Shown: in pieces, positions 7,610 through 14,486 of the stretch
Position numbering within the stretch: the first letter of the stretch is position 1
Layout: every line of letters starts with the position of its first letter
NCBI GenBank assembly: GCA_964570795.1
Contig: CAZMYZ010000007.1
Span: 1 to 45,475 of the forward strand
Direction of reading: 5' to 3'
Source: an uncultured Candidatus Saccharibacteria bacterium
GTDB taxonomy: Bacteria; Patescibacteriota; Minisyncoccia; Phycocordibacterales; UBA918
Length of the DNA stretch: 45,475 nt
Notes under the pieces: model-generated
Database searches by the model: none
Told to the model about the DNA's origin: nothing
What the model saw: the letters and a program-made list of their open reading frames with translations, nothing else
Position numbers and translations under genes: made by a program

Positions 7610-10468
7610 CTAAAACAAACTACTGAGGTACTCACGTTTTGACCATTCAAGCATGCGCTTTATAGGGAGGATAAGCGAGTCAATGAAACTACCACGCGGT
7701 GTTTCGGGGGTGGTGGTTTGTGTTCTGTATATCCCCGGTGTGTAGGTTACGGGCGATGTGTCTTCTTCAGAATCACTTGCGGGCTCTTGCGTGTCAGATG
7801 CGTAGGCTATAGAGGGTGCTGCAACAAACGTTGCTGTGGTCTGTGTGCGGAATGCAAAGTTTTTAAACCAATTAATTTCATGGAACTGTGCGACGCTCAG
7901 GGGGAACATTGCTTCGTTGTTGCATTGTATTTCATTTATTTTTTTCTGCGTGGTGAAGTACACATGTCCTGAATCACGGGTGAGTCCCCATGGGCTCAGG
8001 ACGTCGCTCGCGTAGCGTGATTGGAACGCGCGCACGGCTATCTCAGTTGCAATATCAAACTCGCCCGATACCGTGAGTGCGGTATCCATATGACCATTGA
8101 GAAATGTTTGAAGGCGACGTACATCTGCAGCATCGTTTACCGCACCATATTGCATGTATGTGGTGAGGTAGGGTGTACAGCGTGATGTTGAGAGTCCGAG
8201 TACTTGAGGTACGATGTCGCCAATGAACACTGTATCGGTTGCATCAGGCGAGTCATATGACTTGCCGGTACGTAGGGAATTATGCCTACTCAAGCCCACG
8301 ACATCGGCAGAGTTGGTGTAGGTACCAAAAGTTGCATCGTCAGCAAATTCCATAGTGTATGTTACGGAGATGGTTTCTCCGGCATGAATGGTACCTAAGT
8401 CCCAATACTGTTCACTTGTTGTTGCACCGGCTTCATTCTTGAGCACATCGCGCAGGAGTGATTTATAGAGTGGACCACCATTGTTGGTAAGGGTAATGGT
8501 GTAGTCGACTGAGCCACCTGGCGCAACTACTTCGACATTTGAGGACTTTGTGAGAGAAATGTTTGCAGGCTTGCTTCCACCACCACCACCATTTTTTCCT
8601 GAAGTAAATGAGAGGAGTTCCGTGTTGTCGCTTGTGTCGGCATCGGTTTCGTGTGCACGCACCGTGGCGCTACTCACAATCTCACGCTTTCCGTTATCGA
8701 GGTCTTCATGCACCTGTGTGGTAAATTCAACTATCTTTGTTTCGTGGGGCGCGATTGCGTCGAGCGTAAAGACACCATGTGCGCCATCATCGCGATACTG
8801 CATTTTTTCTGTATTTGATGTGTACACAAGTTCACTGCCATTGAATTGGTGGTCGAGGGTGACATCGGTTGCGGTGGCATCACCGTTATTGGTGACAGTG
8901 TAACGATAGGTTACTTCTGAGCCGGGCATTATGGTTGCTTTTGGTGAAGATACCGCACCACCAATCCAGAGGTCGGGGCGTCCGAATGCGAGGTCACCAC
9001 TCCAGTTTCCAAAGATGTCAAAAATGAGGAGTGCCCAGTTTTGACCAAGGATATTGGTATTGGTGACGTTTGTCACATTTGCTGCGGCGTACGCATCACC
9101 TGTTTCTACAACACCTGCTCCTTGTACTTTGTTGGCACCGGTGAGTGCAAAGACTGATACATTATTTTGGATATTGGCGATATTGGTACTTTCGACGGTG
9201 GTGTTTTGCGTACCACTTCCACTTGCGCCATTGGTGCTATAGAGGGTGATGCCGTTGGCAGTCTCTGCCCAGCCAATACCTTCAGGAAGTCCAAAGACTT
9301 CACCATCCCAATCCCCGTGAATACGAAGCACCAGGAGGAAATCACTGCCGCCAAAGAGATTGGTATTTACTGTATTTTGAATTGAACTATCACTGTACGC
9401 ATCACCGGTTGTTATTACTCCGCCGGTGCTGTTGTTACTGCCGGTGTCGGCAGTTGCCGTGATGTCGTTTTCGATAGTTGCAGTATTGGTGTTGGAAATA
9501 GTGCTGCCGAGCGAACTGCCGTTTGCACTAAAGAGAGTATTGAGTGCGTCAGCACCAGGGAGGACGATGTCGCCACCGTAGTCGCCAAAATTATTGAAGG
9601 AAATGAGAAGGTAGTTCGAGTCAGTGATGTTGGTGTTTGCGAGATTGAAGATATTTGCTGCGGCGTACGCATCACCGGTATAGATAGTGCTTCCGTCACC
9701 ACCGGTGTTGCCACCCGTGTCTGCGCGCACGACGATGTCATTTGAAATCGTTGCGGTGTTGTTTGTAGTAACGGTATATCCTTCAGTACCACAGGCGAGA
9801 GGTGTGCAGGGAGGAGTCGAGACTGCATTCGTATCATCAAAGACCACAAATGCGTCACGGAGATCGAGTGAACCCATACCGAGCACCTCATTAAAGAATT
9901 CGATAGCGCCATCGGAGTTGAAGATATTCGTATTGACGATATTCACGATATTTGCGTATGCAATTGCGTCACCAGTCACTATAAGAGATTCATCGCCTTC
10001 TGCCGTGTTGCCACCAGTTTCTGCGGTTACGGTAGCGGTATTCTGCAAGGTACCTATATTTTCGGTGGTGACAGTGTCACCGAGTATTTCATCCTCAGCA
10101 TCTTCTTCGGTGGTGGGTTCAGTTGAAAGTATGCTGTCGTCACCGAATGCAACGGCGTCACTTGTCTCAGTATCAGAAGTACCTGGTGATGGGATTTCTC
10201 CTTCAAAACCACTCGCCTCAAGGCCTTCATCTTCGGATGATGTGGGTGTATCAGGAGAAGTATCATTCATATTCACGATATTTTCCATGTCAGCACTCGA
10301 TTGTGCGTCACCGGTTACGATGAGTGCAGGTTCTTCAGGCGGCGTGTCTTCTGACGCGTACACAGGAAGAGCGCTTCCGAGCGGCGCAAGGATAAGCGCA
10401 GCGACGAGCATACTGGTGAATATCGAGAACGGTGTGCGTCTAGTGTTGTTGATTAAGTAGCGATACAT
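7610..10468 (-). CDS. Large secreted surface protein: 4-5 TGGN/TGDA/NTN repeat modules, two DUF11-like repeats and a PG_binding_1-like domain
   Basis: The ORF runs 7610..10522. I prefer the ATG at 10468 (MYRYLINNTRRTPFSIFTSMLVAALILAPLGSALPVYA looks like a signal peptide). Modules: AETGGNTAEGDESLIVTGDAIAYANIVNIVNTNI, ADTGGNTGGDGSTIYTGDAYAAANIFNLANTNI, ADTGSNNSTGGVITTGDAYSDSSIQNTVNTNL and ALTGANKVQGAGVVETGDAYAAANVTNVTNTNI. DUF11-like repeats: GSEVTYRYTVTNNGDATATDVTL and GGSVDYTITLTNNGG. Peptidoglycan-binding-like: DVRRLQTFLNGHMDTALTVSGEFDIATEIAVRAFQ. Confidence 0.8.
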   Translation of the reverse strand: MYRYLINNTRRTPFSIFTSMLVAALILAPLGSALPVYASEDTPPEEPALIVTGDAQSSADMENIVNMNDTSPDTPTSSEDEGLEASGFEGEIPSPGTSDTETSDAVAFGDDSILSTEPTTEEDAEDEILGDTVTTENIGTLQNTATVTAETGGNTAEGDESLIVTGDAIAYANIVNIVNTNIFNSDGAIEFFNEVLGMGSLDLRDAFVVFDDTNAVSTPPCTPLACGTEGYTVTTNNTATISNDIVVRADTGGNTGGDGSTIYTGDAYAAANIFNLANTNITDSNYLLISFNNFGDYGGDIVLPGADALNTLFSANGSSLGSTISNTNTATIENDITATADTGSNNSTGGVITTGDAYSDSSIQNTVNTNLFGGSDFLLVLRIHGDWDGEVFGLPEGIGWAETANGITLYSTNGASGSGTQNTTVESTNIANIQNNVSVFALTGANKVQGAGVVETGDAYAAANVTNVTNTNILGQNWALLIFDIFGNWSGDLAFGRPDLWIGGAVSSPKATIMPGSEVTYRYTVTNNGDATATDVTLDHQFNGSELVYTSNTEKMQYRDDGAHGVFTLDAIAPHETKIVEFTTQVHEDLDNGKREIVSSATVRAHETDADTSDNTELLSFTSGKNGGGGGSKPANISLTKSSNVEVVAPGGSVDYTITLTNNGGPLYKSLLRDVLKNEAGATTSEQYWDLGTIHAGETISVTYTMEFADDATFGTYTNSADVVGLSRHNSLRTGKSYDSPDATDTVFIGDIVPQVLGLSTSRCTPYLTTYMQYGAVNDAADVRRLQTFLNGHMDTALTVSGEFDIATEIAVRAFQSRYASDVLSPWGLTRDSGHVYFTTQKKINEIQCNNEAMFPLSVAQFHEINWFKNFAFRTQTTATFVAAPSIAYASDTQEPASDSEEDTSPVTYTPGIYRTQTTTPETPRGSFIDSLILPIKRMLEWSKREYLSSLF

Positions 10469-10820
10469 ATGAGTGTAAAAGTGCCCTAAGCTTCTCGAGG
10501 AGTGCAATAATTTCGGCGTCATGGTTATTCATCATTGTTGTATGTACGACGGTAGTTCCATCGGTAGTTTCAATGTGTGAATTGTATGAACCAGAATCAT
10601 CAAGCACGGTATCCTCCACCACAACTCCGTTTATGGTGGTTTTCACTGAAGCATGTGAAGTACCGTCGCCGCTACTCGATATCGACGTCGAGTTGGATAT
10701 GGTGATCGTCTCAGCAGTTGCAGTGTAGGGTGCTGCGCATACCAAAACGAGTGTGCATACCATGACGATGATACTCACCGTATAAATACCCAATTTATGT
10801 ATAAGTATGTTTGTTTTCAT
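10440..10820 (-). CDS. Small secreted Ser/Thr-rich protein with a C-terminal amphipathic helix
   Basis: The ORF runs 10440..10889. The likely start is MKTNILIHKLGIYTVSIIVMVCTLVLVCAAPYTATA (signal peptide). The stop overlaps the start region of the downstream surface-protein gene. Confidence 0.55.
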   Translation of the reverse strand: MKTNILIHKLGIYTVSIIVMVCTLVLVCAAPYTATAETITISNSTSISSSGDGTSHASVKTTINGVVVEDTVLDDSGSYNSHIETTDGTTVVHTTMMNNHDAEIIALLEKLRALLHSYVSLLNQQH

Positions 10821-10896
10821 TTCCCTCAATAAGATCTCGAGCGACCTCGGGGTCTTATTTGAAGGGGGGAGAGACTCCCCAACCTTCAAAGTTGTA

Positions 10897-11673
10897 CTAA
10901 CGAGTGATACGGGTGACGATTCGGTTTACCACGTTTACTACTTCAGAACCTGAAGTAGCATTCCCGCTGTAAATCTCACCGCCTACACCACCACTGCCGC
11001 CGGTACCACCAGCGCCACCCTGGTTATCATCAGATGACCAGAATGAGAAGAAACTATGCATGCGATGATGTCGACTACCCTCAGCATCACCACCATTACC
11101 ACCTTCTTCACCGTCACCGCCGTCGGCCTCATTGCCGCCGGTCTTGGCTTCTACTTCAACATCGTTTGCTACTGATGCACTGTTGTTGACGCGGACACGA
11201 ATGTCATTGTCATCGCCATCATCAGAACCATGTCGATTGAAGAATGAGAACATACTTGGCTCTTCGTCGTCACAGCCACATGAATCGGTAATTTTGGTCT
11301 TTACCACATTGACCTCATTAACAATTGACGAGTATGCTGCTGCATCGCCGGATACGATGTATCCGCCTAGTGCACCACTTCCACCATTACCCCCATTTCC
11401 TCCTGTGTTATCTCCTGAACCTTCTGCATCACCACCATTACCACCTTCTTCACCGTCACCGCCGTCGGCCTCATTGCCGCCGGTCTTTGCTTCGACATCG
11501 ACGGTATTGGTTACGGTTGCTTCATTTGAAACCGATACTTTTATGTCGTTGTCATCGCCACTATTGTTGTGCGACCAGAATGCCGATGCAGGCATAGTGA
11601 TAGCAAATGCACCGAGCGCGATGAGCGCAAGCGTGATAAATGCGAGTGTGTTCGTCTTTATTTGAGTGTTCAT
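10897..11673 (-). CDS. Secreted Gly/Asp-rich protein with two copies of the TGGN...GDA module
   Basis: Signal peptide MNTQIKTNTLAFITLALIALGAFAITMPASA. Internal duplication: DDNDI(K/R)V.V.N.A.V.N.V(D/E)VEAKTGGNEADGGDGEEGGNGGDAEGS appears twice, each followed by a Gly-rich tract and (Y/E)I(V/Y)SG(D/N)A....VVN.VN. Confidence 0.75.
   Translation of the reverse strand: MNTQIKTNTLAFITLALIALGAFAITMPASAFWSHNNSGDDNDIKVSVSNEATVTNTVDVEAKTGGNEADGGDGEEGGNGGDAEGSGDNTGGNGGNGGSGALGGYIVSGDAAAYSSIVNEVNVVKTKITDSCGCDDEEPSMFSFFNRHGSDDGDDNDIRVRVNNSASVANDVEVEAKTGGNEADGGDGEEGGNGGDAEGSRHHRMHSFFSFWSSDDNQGGAGGTGGSGGVGGEIYSGNATSGSEVVNVVNRIVTRITR
11084..11145. repeat. Intragenic direct repeat, copy 1 (62 nt, identical to 11426..11487)
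   Basis: GCATCACCACCATTACCACCTTCTTCACCGTCACCGCCGTCGGCCTCATTGCCGCCGGTCTT occurs at both positions. After one mismatch, 5 further nt (GCTTC) also match. Confidence 0.9.
11426..11487. repeat. Intragenic direct repeat, copy 2 (62 nt)
   Basis: Identical to 11084..11145. The offset is 342 nt (114 codons), so the duplication is in frame. Confidence 0.9.
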
Positions 11674-12098
11674 ATAATTAAAAATTAATTGATACTTCTA
11701 CTAATAAAGATGCTTTTTAGTGGAGCAATAAACACATGAGCTGAGGACTATTGTCCGTTAAGCCCACATGAGGACGCACGAAAGACCGCATGCATCGGCA
11801 TGTAGGTTTGTACGCGGATATGCCTATGTCACACGAGTGACATCAAAAAACCACTTCTAGACACAACGGAAGAAGCGGCGAGTAACTGTTGACGTCAACG
11901 TTTGTAAGGGAAGACACAACATAGGAAGACCTCCTGTGTTTGGTTTCCCCATCCAAACAAATAATAAGAGTGCATGTATTATGTTCCTTCTGCTACACAT
12001 GTCAATAAAAAATGCAATAGTTTTTATACACCGATACACAGAAAAAAACATGTCAAAATTTTTATCAATTGCATGGCTTAAAAATAGATTTTTAAAAA

Positions 12099-12178
12099 CA
12101 CCCTCTGTTAGGTCGGCTATATCTGGGGAAACATCATTCTTAAAGGATGATGGTGATAAACCGACCTAACAGAAGGTG
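12099..12178. repeat. 80-nt long imperfect hairpin in a gene-free AT-rich spacer
   Basis: Outer 18-bp stem CACCCTCTGTTAGGTCGG / CCGACCTAACAGAAGGTG with one mismatch. Inner 8-bp stem CATCATTC / GGATGATG (one G-U pair) with loop TTAAA, and an asymmetric internal loop. Confidence 0.7.
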
Positions 12179-12264
12179 CTTATATAACAAACGTAGGTCA
12201 ATGAAGACCTACATATATGAAAAACGGTATACCTACATTACTAAAAATGCAAGTGCGGTGTACT

Positions 12265-12351
12265 ATGGTATATATGCGATATGCCTTTTTACTTTCGGGA
12301 ATTGCGACACTGATACTTTTTATTGGTGCAGTATATGCATTCACGCATTAA
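12265..12351 (+). CDS. Candidate 28-aa single-TM micro-protein, below the ORF-track length cutoff
   Basis: Hand translation gives MVYMRYAFLLSGIATLILFIGAVYAFTH*. The TAA ends 3 nt before the DUF167 ATG. I saw no homology support. Confidence 0.3.
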   Translation: MVYMRYAFLLSGIATLILFIGAVYAFTH

Positions 12352-12354
12352 GAT

Positions 12355-12576
12355 ATGTTTATACGAGTTCATGCAATCCCCGATGCAAAGAAAGAGAAAG
12401 TGATACGTGAAGACGAGACTACCTTTACTATTTCTGTGAAAGAGCCAGCAACGCAAAACTTTGCCAACAAGCGTATTCGTGAGGTCTTAGCCCGAGAACT
12501 CGGTGTTTCTCCTACGCAGGTACGACTACTGGCGGGACACCAAAATAGGAGTAAAATGTATAGTGTAGAGATGTAG
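12355..12576 (+). CDS. DUF167 (YggU/UPF0235) family protein
   Basis: The 73-aa sequence IRVHAIPDAKKEKV....TISVKEPATQNFANKRIREVLARELGVSPTQVRLLAGHQNRSKMYSV matches the YggU pattern (PgAkk...v.v.apP..g.AN..l...La..lgv....v.lv.G...R.K). Confidence 0.7.
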   Translation: MFIRVHAIPDAKKEKVIREDETTFTISVKEPATQNFANKRIREVLARELGVSPTQVRLLAGHQNRSKMYSVEM

Positions 12577-12599
12577 GTATAAGTTTAATCCACACCCAT

Positions 12600-12965
12600 A
12601 TGTCGTTTCCTCACATCAATGTAAAAGCAACTAACTACACTGTCACGCCTAAGTTAGAAACATTGCTTGATCAGAAGTTTGCACCCTTAGGCAAATTACT
12701 CGATGATAGAAACGAAATACACTGTGAAGTGGAACTCGAGAAAGTTGCTGAACACCAATCAGGGAAAATCTACCGCGCTGAAGTCAATCTCACCGTAAAT
12801 GGAAAATTGTACCGTACCGAAGCTACCGAAGAAGAAATGGAGCAGGCTATTGATACTGCGCGCAACGAACTGAAAAATGAATTGCAGCGCGCTGCTGGCC
12901 GTCGCCATAGCCTTGTGCGCCGCGGCGGACAAATGCTCAAGGAGATGCTGCGCTTTGGGAAGTAG
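12600..12965 (+). CDS. hpf: Ribosome hibernation promoting factor / RaiA-YfiA family (short form)
   Basis: The 121-aa sequence INVKATNYTVTPKLETLLDQKFAPLGKLL....CEVELEKV......YRAEVNLTVNGKLYRTEATEEEMEQAIDTARNELKNELQR has the typical S30AE/HPF layout. Confidence 0.8.
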   Translation: MSFPHINVKATNYTVTPKLETLLDQKFAPLGKLLDDRNEIHCEVELEKVAEHQSGKIYRAEVNLTVNGKLYRTEATEEEMEQAIDTARNELKNELQRAAGRRHSLVRRGGQMLKEMLRFGK

Positions 12966-12984
12966 GGAATTGGAATAACAAAAA

Positions 12985-13012
12985 CCGCGAGGCTTTTAGC
13001 CTCGTGGTTTTT
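12985..13012. terminator. Bidirectional terminator between hpf (+) and fmt (-)
   Basis: CCGCGAGGC TTTT AGCCTCGTGG stem flanked by AAAAA on the left and TTTTT on the right. Confidence 0.75.
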
Positions 13013-13013
13013 C

Positions 13014-13868
13014 TTATCTCATAAAATCCTCGTATGACATTTCTTTTTTTCCTTCCGGGATTACGCGGAGAATTTTGAGAGAACCGTCCTCAGCGAGTTT
13101 TGCATCTACTATTTTTATACGCACACGTTCGTCATTTTTCTCCGTAAAAAAGAATGTGCCGGGCCAGCCGTCGAATGCACAGATTTTGAGAAAGTTCTGA
13201 TACGGGTCGTCGGTAAGCGAAATTTCCCCCATCTCTTTAGAAATCTTTGTACAAAAGGTGGCTTTGGCATGGGCTTGCGCTACAGGAGTTATTTCACCAT
13301 GAAGCCACTTTGGTATTGTCTCTGCGAGGAGCGAACCACCTTGGCGTGCCATTATTTCATCGAGTACGAGACCGCGAGTCGGCCACTCAGTAAGAGGTGT
13401 AGGTGCTTGCGCCACGATAGGGCCATGATCCATCTCGGCATCCATTTGCATGATGGTAACTCCGGTCTCACGGATGTTCCCAAGAATTGCGCTCCGTATA
13501 GGGCTCGCACCGCGGAGGGTAGGAAGTAGCGAAGGGTGCACATTGAGAGTCTTGTGTGTGGGGAGATTGATGAGCCAGTCGGGAAGAATTTTGCCGTAGG
13601 CGACCACCACAAACAAATCACATGATGTATTGGTGAGTGTGTGAAGGTCGTCAGGATTTTTGAGTGAGGTAGGCTGAAATACAGGAATAGCATGCGTCTG
13701 CGCCCATGTGGCCACGGGTGGAGGTGTCATAATCTGCTTGCGCCCCACAGGTGCATCGGGGTTGGTGACAATAAGGCTCGGCACTATTCCCGCACGTTCC
13801 ATTTCTTCCAGTACCCATACCGCAATCTGTGGTGTACCAAAAAACGCAATGCGTGGGGAAGTGCTCAT
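13014..13868 (-). CDS. fmt: Methionyl-tRNA formyltransferase
   Basis: The ORF extends to 14105, but homology starts at MSTSPRIAFFGTPQIAVWVLEEM (ATG at 13868, 1 nt after the def stop). The HPSLLPTLRGASPI motif is present. Confidence 0.85.
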   Translation of the reverse strand: MSTSPRIAFFGTPQIAVWVLEEMERAGIVPSLIVTNPDAPVGRKQIMTPPPVATWAQTHAIPVFQPTSLKNPDDLHTLTNTSCDLFVVVAYGKILPDWLINLPTHKTLNVHPSLLPTLRGASPIRSAILGNIRETGVTIMQMDAEMDHGPIVAQAPTPLTEWPTRGLVLDEIMARQGGSLLAETIPKWLHGEITPVAQAHAKATFCTKISKEMGEISLTDDPYQNFLKICAFDGWPGTFFFTEKNDERVRIKIVDAKLAEDGSLKILRVIPEGKKEMSYEDFMR

Positions 13869-13869
13869 A

Positions 13870-14406
13870 TTATTTTGCTTCATGGAGGGCAAGGGCTTCT
13901 TCGGAATCTTTGTGCCAGACACGCTCGGCTTTGTCGATGAAGAGTATGCCATCGAGGTGGTCGACTTCATGTTGGAAAATTTGTGCAAGGAGGCCGCTTG
14001 CACCACGTTCGTATTCCTTACCTTTTTCATCATACGCACGAATGGTGGCGTGAGTGGCACGGCGTACGGCACCATATTGCTCACCCACCGAGAGGCATCC
14101 TTCACCGACGAGGCGTGAACGCTTTGAAATTTTCACAATACGTGGATTGATAGCAATGAGTGTGGGGAGGAGGTCTTTTTCCTCTTTGGCAGTACTTGTG
14201 TTGTGTACGAGAAAGATACGGAGCGGCACTCCTATTTGCGGTGCGGCAATAGCAACACCATTAAAACCATTGATGTTGTATGCATCAAGAGCAGTACGCA
14301 TATCCTTGAGAATTTTTTGAATCTTTGGTGAAGTGATTTCCTCTACAGGAACTTCATCAGCAATATCATGAAGTGCGGGGTGGTTTTGGGCGACTAATTT
14401 TGACAT
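13870..14406 (-). CDS. def: Peptide deformylase
   Basis: Three PDF motifs are present: GVAIAAPQIG, EGCLSVG and QHEVDHLDG. Confidence 0.92.
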   Translation of the reverse strand: MSKLVAQNHPALHDIADEVPVEEITSPKIQKILKDMRTALDAYNINGFNGVAIAAPQIGVPLRIFLVHNTSTAKEEKDLLPTLIAINPRIVKISKRSRLVGEGCLSVGEQYGAVRRATHATIRAYDEKGKEYERGASGLLAQIFQHEVDHLDGILFIDKAERVWHKDSEEALALHEAK

Positions 14407-14486
14407 AGTATGGACACTATAGCGTAAAGTCTCACTAAAATAAATACTTCAGTCTCATACATGAGCGACTTACGATATTGCTCATT

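Noticed and set aside
7718-10460. Several long plus-strand ORFs (up to 257 aa, for example 9687..10460, 8550..8903 and 9054..9242) lie antisense to the 970-aa surface-protein gene.
   Set aside because: Their translations are low-complexity Ser/Val/Pro strings that mirror the repetitive Thr/Gly/Asp/Asn-rich sense strand. They have no motifs, and the sense-strand gene has clear domain content.
11084-11487. The 62-nt repeat pair was considered as a DGR template/variable repeat pair.
   Set aside because: The copies are identical rather than differing at adenine positions. Both are coding parts of the same gene, and the window has no reverse transcriptase.
11132-11665. Plus-strand ORFs of 177 and 90 aa lie antisense to the Gly/Asp-rich secreted-protein gene.
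   Set aside because: These are shadow ORFs of a GGN/GAY-rich coding strand, giving Pro/Ser/Leu or His/Arg-rich nonsense. The sense frame has a signal peptide and repeat modules.
13869-14105. The ORF track shows N-terminal extensions for fmt (79 aa), priA (34 aa), proS (15 aa), mrdA, greA, the EamA transporter, mraZ, mreC and the ftsL-like ORF.
   Set aside because: Family homology starts at an internal Met in each case. That Met lies 1-3 nt after, or overlaps, the upstream stop. The extensions overlap upstream genes or are non-homologous.
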